Assembly (NCBI GenBank): GCA_934438175.1
Contig: CAKSBH010000003.1
Location: 107,511-171,510 of the forward strand
DNA: 64,000 nucleotides
Direction: 5' to 3'
Source of the DNA: an uncultured Eubacteriales bacterium
Lineage (GTDB): Bacteria; Bacillota; Clostridia; Oscillospirales; UBA644
The notes below the pieces were generated by a model. The model searched no databases and was not told the DNA's origin. It was given only the letters and a program-made list of their open reading frames with translations. Position 1 is the stretch's first letter. Each line of letters starts with the position of its first letter. A program made the translations under genes and the position numbers. Positions 10,380 through 19,730 of the stretch are shown here, piece by piece.

Positions 10380-11476
10380 TTTACCTCGATAACGCCGCCA
10401 CAACCCGGATGAATCCCGAAGCGGCGGAACTGTACGCACATCTTGCGACCGAACAATACGCCAATTCCGAATCGCTTCACACCTTCGGTTTTTCCGTCCA
10501 GCAGCTTCTGGATCATGCCCGGGATGCTCTGGCAAAAAAAGCGGGGGTAAAGCCGGAAGAGTTCTTTTTTGCACCATGCGGCACACTGGCAGACAATACA
10601 GCCATTCTCGGCACCGTGGATCCCAAACGGGGAGGACGGATTGTCACTTCCGCTTTTGAGCATCCTGCCGTAGCGGAATGCATGAAAAAACTGGAATCCT
10701 CCTTTGACGTTGTATATCTTCGCCCGGAAAACGGAATCATCACACCGGAGCAGCTGAGCCGCGCACTGACACCGGACACCCGTCTGGTCAGCATCATGCA
10801 CGTCAACAACGAAACCGGCGCCGTAGCGGATCTCCGCGCCCTCTCCGCCGTCATCCGGCGCAGCGGCTGCGGAGCATTGTTTCACACCGATGCCATCCAG
10901 GGCTTTCTCAAAGAGCCCCTTTCTTATTCCTGCGTGGATCTTGCCTCCTTTTCCGCACACAAAACGCACGGTCCCAAAGGGCTGGGGGCGCTGTATGTCC
11001 GGCGCGGAGTCCGTATCCGTCCCGTCTATTACGGAGGAGGACACGAAAAAGGATTGTTTTCCGGCACGGTCAATGTACCGGGAATCGCTGCCTGGGCAAA
11101 AGCCGTGGAAAACACGGATTGCCTCCGGGAAAGGACATATGTGGAAGGGCTGAATACACTCTGCCGGTCGCTCCTCCTTCCCCTCGGCGCCCGCATCGTC
11201 TCTCCGGAACATGCCAGTCCGTATATTTTAAGCGTGATCTTCCCGAACTACATTGCGGAAAACATCATTCATGCACTTTCCCGTTCCGGAATTGCCGTAT
11301 CTTCCGGTTCTGCCTGCTCTTCCAGGCATCCGGGAGCCGTTTTCCGTGCACTCGGGCTGGAGTCCTATGCAAAAAACGCACTGCGCATCAGTTTCTGTGC
11401 ACAGAACACCGAAGCCGAAATCCGGCGCTTTGCCGAGGTTCTTTCCGGCACGCTCGGGTCTTTGATTCAAAAATAA
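10376..11476 (+). CDS. cysteine desulfurase (NifS/IscS class V aminotransferase)
   Basis: PLP-lysine motif SFSAHKTHGPKG, active-site Cys loop SSGSACSS. ATGA overlap with rmuC. Confidence 0.88.
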   Translation: MIYLDNAATTRMNPEAAELYAHLATEQYANSESLHTFGFSVQQLLDHARDALAKKAGVKPEEFFFAPCGTLADNTAILGTVDPKRGGRIVTSAFEHPAVAECMKKLESSFDVVYLRPENGIITPEQLSRALTPDTRLVSIMHVNNETGAVADLRALSAVIRRSGCGALFHTDAIQGFLKEPLSYSCVDLASFSAHKTHGPKGLGALYVRRGVRIRPVYYGGGHEKGLFSGTVNVPGIAAWAKAVENTDCLRERTYVEGLNTLCRSLLLPLGARIVSPEHASPYILSVIFPNYIAENIIHALSRSGIAVSSGSACSSRHPGAVFRALGLESYAKNALRISFCAQNTEAEIRRFAEVLSGTLGSLIQK

Positions 11477-11505
11477 ATCTTTCCTACAGGAGTTGAACGA
11501 TCCTC

Positions 11506-13494
11506 ATGACAACAAAGCCAAAATTTTACATGACCACCGCCATTGCCTATGCGTCCCGAAAGCCGCACATCGGCAATACCTATGAAATCATCCTGGCAGA
11601 TGCCATTGCCCGATTCCGCCGCGCGGAGGGCTATGACGTATGGCTCTGCACCGGCACGGACGAGCACGGAAAGAAAATCGAAGAATATGCCGAAAAAGCG
11701 GGCATTCCCCCTCAGAAATACGTGGACGGCGTTTCCGGAGAAATCCGTACGCTGTGGGATGCCATGAACACAACGTACGATTACTTTATCCGTACAACCG
11801 ACGAAGCCCACGAAAAAGCCGTGCAGAAAATCTTCCGCCGTCTTTATGAACAGGGAGATATTTACAAGGGCATTTATGAGGGCTGGTACTGCACGCCGGA
11901 CGAATCGTTCTATACCGATACGCAGGTGGTGGACGGCAAATGCCCGGACTGCGGCAGACCGGTTGTTCGTGCCAGCGAAGAAGCATATAAATTCAATATG
12001 AAAAAATATGCAGACCGGTTGATGCAGTATATCGATGAGCATCCGGACTTTATTGAGCCGGAAAGCCGTAAAAAGGAAATTCTCAACAATTTTCTCAAAG
12101 CAGGTCTTCAGGATCTTTGCGTGTCCCGCACCTCATTCTCCTGGGGAATCCCAGTAGATTTTGACCCCAAGCATGTTATCTACGTATGGCTGGATGCTCT
12201 GACCAACTACATCACGGCGCTCGGCTACGATCCGGACAAAACGTATGAGGAGCAATCCGAACGGTTCCGTTCCTACTGGCCCGCCCAGGTTCACATCATC
12301 GGCAAGGATATTATCCGCTTCCACACCATCTACTGGCCCATCTTCCTTATGGCACTTGGACTTCCGCTTCCCAAAAAGATTTTTGCCCATCCGTGGTTCA
12401 ATTTCGGTGCGGAAAAAATGTCCAAATCCCGCGGAAACGTCATTTATGCCGACGATCTTGCCCGTCACTTTACCGTAGACGGTGTGCGTCACTACGCTCT
12501 GGCTGAAATGCCGTACAACAACGACGGCTCGGTGACATATGAGGCAGTCATCAAACGCTTCAACACCGATCTGGTCAATAACCTGGGGAACCTGGTCAAG
12601 CGCACGCTTGACATGGAAAAGAAATATTTCGGCAAGGTAATCCAGGAGCCGAATGCACCGGAACCGCTGGACCGGGAACTGCTTGATGCCTGTCTGCAGA
12701 CAAAGCAGACCGTTACCGAAAACGTTCACGGCTATCATATCGCGGATGCGGAAACCGCCATTTTCGCACTGCTCAGCAGGGCGAACAAATACATCGATGA
12801 AACATCCCCCTGGGTTCTTGCCAAGGACGAAACAAAACGTGCCCGCCTGGGAACCGTGCTGTATCAGCTGCTTTGCACCATCCGCTGGGCAACCGTTCTG
12901 CTTCATCCGTTCCTTCCCGCAACGGCGGAGGAGATTCTGCGTGAGCTCGGAGCAGAAGACCTTCTGACCTCGATGAAAGAAAACAACGGCGTTCTTCTGT
13001 TTGACCGGTTCCTGCGTGACGAAACGTCTTTCGCGGCGTTTGTGCCCGGATCTTCGGTCGGAGATTCCTCGGTTCTGTTTGCACGCGTAGATGAAAAGGC
13101 AAAGCTGGAGGAGATCAAGAAAGAAAAAGAAGCCACCGCGCAGCCGGAAGCCGCAAAGAAGCCGGAGGGCTGTGCCCTCATCGGAATTGACGACTTCCGC
13201 AACATCGAACTGCGGACAGCCCAGATTCTTGCGTGCGAACGGGTGGAAAAAGCAAAGAAGTTGCTGAAATTGCAGCTGGATCTCGGATATGAAAAACGCC
13301 AGGTCGTTTCCGGAATTGCCGCCTTCTACCAGCCGGAAGAACTGATTGGGAAAAAGGTGATCGTTGTAGCCAACCTCAAGCCCGCCAAACTTTGCGGAGA
13401 AGAATCAAACGGCATGATTCTTGCCTCCGGAGAAGAAACCGTGCGTGTGGTATTTCTGCATCCCGACACGCCCAACGGAGAAAGAGTCTGCTGA
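11506..13494 (+). CDS. metG: methionine--tRNA ligase with C-terminal tRNA-binding (EMAP/Trbp111-like) domain
   Basis: HIGN (HIGH-type) and KMSKS motifs, and a CPDCG zinc knuckle. 662 aa. Confidence 0.95.
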   Translation: MTTKPKFYMTTAIAYASRKPHIGNTYEIILADAIARFRRAEGYDVWLCTGTDEHGKKIEEYAEKAGIPPQKYVDGVSGEIRTLWDAMNTTYDYFIRTTDEAHEKAVQKIFRRLYEQGDIYKGIYEGWYCTPDESFYTDTQVVDGKCPDCGRPVVRASEEAYKFNMKKYADRLMQYIDEHPDFIEPESRKKEILNNFLKAGLQDLCVSRTSFSWGIPVDFDPKHVIYVWLDALTNYITALGYDPDKTYEEQSERFRSYWPAQVHIIGKDIIRFHTIYWPIFLMALGLPLPKKIFAHPWFNFGAEKMSKSRGNVIYADDLARHFTVDGVRHYALAEMPYNNDGSVTYEAVIKRFNTDLVNNLGNLVKRTLDMEKKYFGKVIQEPNAPEPLDRELLDACLQTKQTVTENVHGYHIADAETAIFALLSRANKYIDETSPWVLAKDETKRARLGTVLYQLLCTIRWATVLLHPFLPATAEEILRELGAEDLLTSMKENNGVLLFDRFLRDETSFAAFVPGSSVGDSSVLFARVDEKAKLEEIKKEKEATAQPEAAKKPEGCALIGIDDFRNIELRTAQILACERVEKAKKLLKLQLDLGYEKRQVVSGIAAFYQPEELIGKKVIVVANLKPAKLCGEESNGMILASGEETVRVVFLHPDTPNGERVC

Positions 13495-14657
13495 TGAAAG
13501 AAGTTATTTTGCTCAAATACGGAGAAATCATTCTCAAAGGACAAAACAAGCGAACGTTTGAAGAACTGCTGCTTCGCAACATCCGCTATGCCCTGTCGTT
13601 TGTGGGAAAACCCACCCTGGACATCCGACAATCCACCGTCTTCGTTTCGTTTGAGGAAGACGCAGATCTGGACGAGGCGGTAACGGCACTTTCCCGGGTA
13701 TTCGGCGTGACGGCGATCTGCCGCTCGCTGGTATGCCCCTACGATTTTGACGAGATGAAAGTTCTTGCAGACGAATATCTCAAGTCGGAGCTCTGCCGGG
13801 CAAAGACGTTCAAAGTCATCGCCAAGCGTTCCGTCAAATCCTACCCGCTCACCTCCCCGCAGATCGGTGAAAAACTGGGAGAATATCTGTTGGAGCAGAA
13901 TCCGGGACTCCGCGCGCAGATGGAAGGACAGGAACTGACCGTTTATGCCGAGGTCCGGGAAGGAGGCATCTACGTCCATGCAAATCCCGTCCGGGGTGCG
14001 GGAGGACTTCCCTGCGGATGCGGCGGACACGGACTTCTCATGCTGTCCGGAGGCATTGACAGCCCCGTTGCCGGCTATATGATGGCACGCCGCGGGATGC
14101 GCATCTCTGCCATTCACTTTGAAAGCCCTCCCTACACCAGCGAACGGGCTCGGCAGAAAGTGGAAAAACTTGCCCGCCAGGTTTCCCGTTATAGCGGAAA
14201 AATCAATCTGTACATCGTTCAGTTTACCGAAATTCAGGAGAAAATCCGCAAAAACTGCAGAGAAGACCTGTTCACGGTCATCATGCGGCGCATGATGCTT
14301 CGCATTGCGCTGAAAGTAGCCGATCAACACAAGGCAGGCGCCATTATTACGGGCGAAAGTCTGGGGCAGGTTGCCAGCCAGACGCTGGAAGCCATCATCT
14401 GCACGGATGCGGTATCGCCCCTGCCGGTGTTCCGTCCCTGCATCGGGTTGGACAAATCGGACATCATTGACCTCGCACGCCGCATCGACACATTTGAAAC
14501 ATCCATTGAACCGTACGAGGACTGCTGCACCGTCTTTACCCCCCGGCATCCCCGGACCAAACCGTCGCTTGCGGAAATTGAAAAAGAAGAAGCAAAACTC
14601 GATCTTGCCGACATGATCGAAAATGTTGTGATTGAAAAAGAGGAGGAGCGCGCATGA
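13494..14657 (+). CDS. thiI: tRNA 4-thiouridine(8) synthase ThiI
   Basis: Start set at MKEVILLKYGEIILKG (TGATG overlap with the metG stop). PP-loop SGGIDSPVA. THUMP-like N-terminal half. Confidence 0.9.
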   Translation: MKEVILLKYGEIILKGQNKRTFEELLLRNIRYALSFVGKPTLDIRQSTVFVSFEEDADLDEAVTALSRVFGVTAICRSLVCPYDFDEMKVLADEYLKSELCRAKTFKVIAKRSVKSYPLTSPQIGEKLGEYLLEQNPGLRAQMEGQELTVYAEVREGGIYVHANPVRGAGGLPCGCGGHGLLMLSGGIDSPVAGYMMARRGMRISAIHFESPPYTSERARQKVEKLARQVSRYSGKINLYIVQFTEIQEKIRKNCREDLFTVIMRRMMLRIALKVADQHKAGAIITGESLGQVASQTLEAIICTDAVSPLPVFRPCIGLDKSDIIDLARRIDTFETSIEPYEDCCTVFTPRHPRTKPSLAEIEKEEAKLDLADMIENVVIEKEEERA

Positions 14658-15121
14658 CCCCGCAGGAGTTTGTTCGCCGTTTGGCGAAGAACGGTTGGAA
14701 AATCGCCTGCGCGGAATCCTGCACCGGAGGTCTGTTTGCCAAGACCGTTACCGACGTTCCCGGCGCGTCCGAGGTGTTTGAGTACGGTGCGGTTGTATAT
14801 TCCAACCGCGTAAAATCCCAGCTTCTCAGCGTACGTCCGGAAACCATCCGGCTGCACACGGAGATCAGCGAGGAGGTTGCGCGGGAGCTTGCAAAGAACA
14901 TCACCATCATCGCATCCTCCGATTTCGGCGTGGGAATCACCGGTCTTGCCGGTCCCGGAGGCGGAACGCCGGAGCATCCGGTCGGACAGGTTTTCGTCTG
15001 TGTATACCGCAGGGAAGACGACGCGTTCTTTCCCCGGGAACTTTCCCTCACGGGAAGCCGGGAAGAAATCCGACAGAAAACCGTGGACGCCGTTTATGAA
15101 ATCTGGAACGAGATCCTGTAA
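14654..15121 (+). CDS. CinA C-terminal-domain protein (nicotinamide-nucleotide amidase PncC-like)
   Basis: 155 aa. Motifs ESCTGGL and GITGLAGPGGG. ATGA overlap with thiI. Confidence 0.85.
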   Translation: MTPQEFVRRLAKNGWKIACAESCTGGLFAKTVTDVPGASEVFEYGAVVYSNRVKSQLLSVRPETIRLHTEISEEVARELAKNITIIASSDFGVGITGLAGPGGGTPEHPVGQVFVCVYRREDDAFFPRELSLTGSREEIRQKTVDAVYEIWNEIL

Positions 15122-15130
15122 AAAGAAAAA

Positions 15131-15172
15131 GCAAGCCGCGGAATCCATCCGGATTCCGCGGCTTGCTTTTTT
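15131..15172. terminator. bidirectional intrinsic terminator (cinA-like / 5'-nucleotidase convergent pair)
   Basis: GCAAGCCGCGGAATCC / GGATTCCGCGGCTTGC perfect stem with A-run before and T6 after. Confidence 0.8.
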
Positions 15173-15205
15173 CAGAAAGAGGAAAAACCTTAAAAAATCA
15201 TGAAA

Positions 15206-17209
15206 TCATTCGGTCACTTTCTTGCGGACCACAAAAGCAACTGCGGCAAGAGCCATTGCGCCGACCAGGAAAATCGCAACCGTCGAGATATCGTTCGTAC
15301 CCGGGTTCCCCGGCAACGTAATCTGACCGGCAAGCGTTTCCGTTTCAAAGTCGAAGATCAGATCCAGCGTCCAGACCGCAGCATCCTTCTGTTTCTGCAC
15401 ATATTCCTTGGACAGCGTAATTTTCAGGTTATCGCCGTCTTCCGAAACGGTATAGTTGGCAACATCAAGAACCTGCCCGTTTACCCGGATCTCTTTCAGC
15501 ACATTCGCCGAATGCTTGATGAGGAAGACCACATCGACAACCGGCGTTTCCGTGTCAAAGACGTAGGAGGATTTTCCGTCCGCAAACGCAAGCGGGGCAC
15601 CGGATTTCACATGAATGCGACCCTGCGGCTGTGCATATCTCTCATCCACCACACCGCTGAGTTCGCTGGTAATGTAATCCATCAGCGCCTCATCCAGAGG
15701 AATTCCCGTATCAAACTGCTCTTTTGCGCTGGCAAAGGCATAGTACGTATCACCGCCTGCGGCACAGAAATTGTTGGTGACAACCGCATACGTGGCTTCT
15801 GCATCAAACGGTTTGCCGTTGATGCTGCGGATGACTACGCGATTGATGGAAGCGGGTCCGTAATAGGTAGAGCCGGGATACGTTTCCGCATTGGCATCGT
15901 ACGCAAGGTCCTTGTAAATGTCAAACTCAATGCCGGAAACCTGCGGGAAACCGCCGATTGATGTCGGGGTACAATAGGTAGATGCCTCCAGCGCTTCCAG
16001 CAATTCGGTGCCTTTCACATAGACGACCGCCACCGTGTTCCCGAACGGAAGAACCGTATTGATGTCTTTCTTGGTAATGTCGCCGGCATGAATCCACGCC
16101 CGGATACCGCCGCCGTTTGTCAGGGCAACCACGTTCTCCGCGGCAACATGGATGCTGTCCGGATTCTTCAGAATCGTCCAGCGCATGGAATCCGTAATCA
16201 GGTCGCCCAGATTGGTTTCCGAGTCACGGTTTCCGTTCGGCGCTTTGTCGCCGTTCAGTTCCACTTTGCTCTCGGCAAATTTTTTGCCGTATTCCGCATT
16301 GATGCGGTCAATGATCTGCTGTGCTCTGGCAGCGACCGCTTCGTCCTTTACGGATTCTGCCGTAACCGGAAGAAGTTCGTTTTTCTCAATCTGCTTCGTC
16401 GCGGCATCAATCACGATCAAACCGATCTTGCTGAACGCCGTACCCGTAGACTGAATCTTTTCGCCGTTCTCGCCCTGGGTCATCTCCGTATGAGAGTGAC
16501 CGTCAATGATCATGTCAATTCCCTCAACATGGGCGGCAAGATCCAGCGAACGGTTCGGTTCGGATTCGGCATCCACACCGAGATGCGCCAGACAGAAAAT
16601 CAGATCGGCGCCTTCGTTTTTCAATTCCTGCACCTGTGTCGCGGCGCAGGCATACATTTCTTCACCTGCCAGGAATTTCAGCCCCTTGATCAGAGCCGGA
16701 TTGGCTTTGGTCTGGGATTCCGGCGTTTCCATGCCGAAGAAACCGATTTTCACACCATCGATCTCTTTGATGGCACGCGCGTCAAAGATCGGGGTACCGT
16801 CTTCTTTGAGAACGTCGGCACAAAGGACCTTGAACGTCGCTTCGTTCATGTTGCTGACCAACTGCTCATAGCCATAGTCAAACTCATGGTTGCCAATGGT
16901 GGCAAAATCATAGCCGACCAGGTTCATCATGAGGATGGCATCAAGCCCCTTGGTCACACTGACATACGGTTTTCCCTGACTGTAGTCGCCGGCATCGACA
17001 AGCAGGACTTTCGCGCCCTTGCTCTCGTATTCCGCCTTGACGGCAGCCATGACCGCATAGCCCTCAATGTTGCCGTGCACGTCATTGGAATGGAGAATGA
17101 CGATTTTCCCGTCAAATTCGCCGTTCGCAAAAGCCGTTGCCGGCAGAAGCACGAGGACCAGGACGAGTGCAATCAGAATTGCACCGACGCGTTGAAACAT
17201 TTTTTTCAT
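15206..17209 (-). CDS. surface-anchored bifunctional metallophosphatase / 5'-nucleotidase
   Basis: Signal peptide. Motifs NDVHG, GDYSQG, GNHEFD and a 5'-nucleotidase C-terminal domain. C-terminal ...LPGNPGTND + hydrophobic helix + RKK tail. Confidence 0.88.
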   Translation of the reverse strand: MKKMFQRVGAILIALVLVLVLLPATAFANGEFDGKIVILHSNDVHGNIEGYAVMAAVKAEYESKGAKVLLVDAGDYSQGKPYVSVTKGLDAILMMNLVGYDFATIGNHEFDYGYEQLVSNMNEATFKVLCADVLKEDGTPIFDARAIKEIDGVKIGFFGMETPESQTKANPALIKGLKFLAGEEMYACAATQVQELKNEGADLIFCLAHLGVDAESEPNRSLDLAAHVEGIDMIIDGHSHTEMTQGENGEKIQSTGTAFSKIGLIVIDAATKQIEKNELLPVTAESVKDEAVAARAQQIIDRINAEYGKKFAESKVELNGDKAPNGNRDSETNLGDLITDSMRWTILKNPDSIHVAAENVVALTNGGGIRAWIHAGDITKKDINTVLPFGNTVAVVYVKGTELLEALEASTYCTPTSIGGFPQVSGIEFDIYKDLAYDANAETYPGSTYYGPASINRVVIRSINGKPFDAEATYAVVTNNFCAAGGDTYYAFASAKEQFDTGIPLDEALMDYITSELSGVVDERYAQPQGRIHVKSGAPLAFADGKSSYVFDTETPVVDVVFLIKHSANVLKEIRVNGQVLDVANYTVSEDGDNLKITLSKEYVQKQKDAAVWTLDLIFDFETETLAGQITLPGNPGTNDISTVAIFLVGAMALAAVAFVVRKKVTE

Positions 17210-17265
17210 AAAAGGACCTCCCGTTTCTTTTTTTCCGGTTTACCGGATTTTTCCTTGGCTGGCTT

Positions 17266-17294
17266 CATTATAGAACATTTCGCGCTGTTTTTCA
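17266..17294 (-). promoter_or_regulatory. sigma-A type promoter for the 5'-nucleotidase gene
   Basis: Minus strand TTGAAA-17 nt-TATAAT, about 55 nt upstream of the start. Confidence 0.6.
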
Positions 17295-17570
17295 ATAGCT
17301 ATGTGAAAAAATTATTTTATTTTTGAAAAATCTTTTTGTCTTTTTACAACAAAATCTGTATATTTTGACGCTTTATTCATGTTTTCTCTTTTTGAATTTT
17401 TGTTTCAATTCTCTTCAAAAAAGCAGAAAAAGCCGATGGCTTCCGCAGAAATCCGTTACAAAAGCCGATGCTCTTATTTTTCATTTTTATTGCGAAAAAA
17501 TAAAAAATTATTCCTGAATTTTTCGTTTCTCCCGCACACAAAATAGCAACAAAGAAAGGAGAAAAGAGCC

Positions 17571-17732
17571 GTGAAAAAGAAAAAACAACAAAAACGACAG
17601 CAACTCATCCAGCCGGAAGGCCTGCTGTTTCAAAGCGAAGCCGCTCCCATCGGTTCGGACGTTCTCGGCTCCTGGACGGGAACCCCGGCGGAAGAAGAGG
17701 ATCGTCCGGTGCAGGATGCGGACGATCTGTAA
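17571..17732 (+). CDS. small hypothetical protein (53 aa, Lys-rich N-terminus, acidic C-terminus ending PVQDADDL)
   Basis: GTG start 9 nt after a GGAG SD. It is followed immediately by a strong terminator. Below the track's 60-aa cut-off. Confidence 0.45.
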   Translation: MKKKKQQKRQQLIQPEGLLFQSEAAPIGSDVLGSWTGTPAEEEDRPVQDADDL

Positions 17733-17761
17733 AAAAAGGAGCCGCGCGCGGCTCCTTTTTC
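17731..17761. terminator. bidirectional intrinsic terminator
   Basis: A7-GGAGCCG(CGCG)CGGCTCC-T5. Confidence 0.8.
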
Positions 17762-17766
17762 TTTGA

Positions 17767-18321
17767 TTACATTTTGGTTTCGTCGTAAACGGCACGGCTG
17801 CCGCCCACAAATCTGGGACGTGTACGAGCGCAGAGCAAAACGGCTTGCCCAATATGGCTCATCGAAAGACGGACGGGAACCGCCACCTCTTTCAGGTGCA
17901 TTCCCATCAGCGTTCCGCCGATGTCCATTCCCGCATTCGCGCGGATGTGCTCCACAGCCACCGGATCTTCAAAACTGCGATAGGCCTTGGTAGCAAACGA
18001 GCCGCCTGCCTTCGGCTGCGGGACGACGTTCACTTCTTCCCATCCGTGCCGTTCGGCACAGCAGCGTTCCAGAATCAGCGAACGGTTGAGATGCTCACAG
18101 CACTGTGCGGCAAGAAAGATGCCACGCTCCCGCAGAATCGGATAAACACCGTCAAAAACGGCTTCCGCGGCATTGAAATCCGAACCCTTTCCGATTTTCT
18201 CCCCCACAATTTCACTGGACGAACAGCCGATAACAAGCAGATCTCCCGCTTTCAGGCGGGCAACCTCCAGAAGCTCCGTCACGGCCTTCGCTGCCTGATC
18301 CCAGATTTCTCCGTATTCCAT
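17767..18321 (-). CDS. TIGR01440 / UPF0340 family protein
   Basis: Family-typical LLVIGCSSSEIVGEKIG and AAQCCEHLNR motifs. Start moved to MEYGEIW (SD AAAGGGAG, no overlap with the pepV stop). Confidence 0.8.
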   Translation of the reverse strand: MEYGEIWDQAAKAVTELLEVARLKAGDLLVIGCSSSEIVGEKIGKGSDFNAAEAVFDGVYPILRERGIFLAAQCCEHLNRSLILERCCAERHGWEEVNVVPQPKAGGSFATKAYRSFEDPVAVEHIRANAGMDIGGTLMGMHLKEVAVPVRLSMSHIGQAVLLCARTRPRFVGGSRAVYDETKM

Positions 18322-18337
18322 TTCAAACAACTCCCTT

Positions 18338-19729
18338 TCAGCACCAAAGTTCATAAATCACCTGGGCATACACCGCCGCCAGGCGGATCAGAACATCCTC
18401 ACGGATAAACTCGTCGTCCCCATGGATGTTTCCGCTTTCATCCCCGTCTTCAAACGCAGGACCGAATGCCACACCACGTCCGCCGAGAACCTTGGCATAC
18501 GTCAGCCCGCAGCAGCCGAAATATTCCGCTTTGCGACCCGTAACGTGTTCAAATGCCGCGCCGAGTTTCTGCATAAACTCGCTTTCTTTCGGAATATGCG
18601 TGTATTCTTTGAGTTTACGGATCTCCAGACGGAACCCGTATTCCTTTGCCAGCTGCTCATACCGCTGCCGGATCTTCTCGCAGATTCCGGCAACCGGAAG
18701 CCGCATATCCACGGTAAAATACCCTTTTTCCGTATCACAGATTCCCACGTTGAGCGTAATGCTGCCGAGAATCTCGCCACGGCACGAAAGACCGAGCCGG
18801 GAAGCATCGAAATCATCGGCAAAGTAACGCGAAAGAACCTCCGTCAGCCGGTTGACCACGCCCATATGCTCAAACAGACGCTGCAACAAAACCGCCAGAT
18901 CCGTCAGGGCATTCTTGCCCCGGTTCGCAACCGAAGCATGGGCGTTGATGCCGCGCGTCGTCAGAAGAATGCGGTTTCCGTCTTCGGTCTTCCACGAAAA
19001 ATCCTTGAGGAACGCCGTATTTTCCGGTGTGAAAAATGCCGTAACAACCGCAGGGTCATCTGCTTCCAGAACCGCCGTGGCGGAATCCGGGACACAGTTG
19101 GATGCCACACCGCCCCGAAGCGAAAGCAGTCGGACACACCCCTCGTTGCGATAAGCGTCCCCGAAATACAATTCGCCGTCAAACATGCCCGCTTCAGTGT
19201 TGACAATGGGGAAGCTGCTGTCAGGAGTCAGACCGTAATCCGGAAACCCGTGTACCGCCGTATACTGCGGAATATCATCCATACCCGTTTCTTCGGCACC
19301 GCCTACCAGAAGACGAACTGATGCCTTCGGCTCCAGCCCGGCTTCGCGAAGCGCACGCAGAGCATACAGAACCGCAACAACGGGCCCCTTGTTGTCCTCA
19401 ACCCCGCGCCCGAACAGTTTTCCGTCTTTGCGCGTGAGGGCAAACGGATCCGTATGCCAACCGTCCCCGGCGGGAACCACATCAGCATGACAGGCAATAT
19501 ACACGGTCTTGTCGCCATGACCGAACCGGACTTCGGTCATATACCCGAGATTTTCCGCCTCAAACCCAAACGAACGGGCAGCGTCACGCACATAAGTCAG
19601 CGCATCGTCCACGTCCTTGCCATAACAATATTTCCCGCCCTCCTGCCGGCTGATGCTCGGAACGGCAATCAGTCCGGCAAGCGTATTGATCATTTCTTCG
19701 CGGTGTTCTTCCAAAAATTTGCGAAACAT
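18338..19729 (-). CDS. pepV: M20-family dipeptidase (PepV-like)
   Basis: Motifs HADVVPAGDGW and GRGVEDNKGP. Start moved to MFRKFLEEH, 1 nt after the upstream gene's stop codon. Confidence 0.85.
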   Translation of the reverse strand: MFRKFLEEHREEMINTLAGLIAVPSISRQEGGKYCYGKDVDDALTYVRDAARSFGFEAENLGYMTEVRFGHGDKTVYIACHADVVPAGDGWHTDPFALTRKDGKLFGRGVEDNKGPVVAVLYALRALREAGLEPKASVRLLVGGAEETGMDDIPQYTAVHGFPDYGLTPDSSFPIVNTEAGMFDGELYFGDAYRNEGCVRLLSLRGGVASNCVPDSATAVLEADDPAVVTAFFTPENTAFLKDFSWKTEDGNRILLTTRGINAHASVANRGKNALTDLAVLLQRLFEHMGVVNRLTEVLSRYFADDFDASRLGLSCRGEILGSITLNVGICDTEKGYFTVDMRLPVAGICEKIRQRYEQLAKEYGFRLEIRKLKEYTHIPKESEFMQKLGAAFEHVTGRKAEYFGCCGLTYAKVLGGRGVAFGPAFEDGDESGNIHGDDEFIREDVLIRLAAVYAQVIYELWC

Positions 19730-19730
19730 C

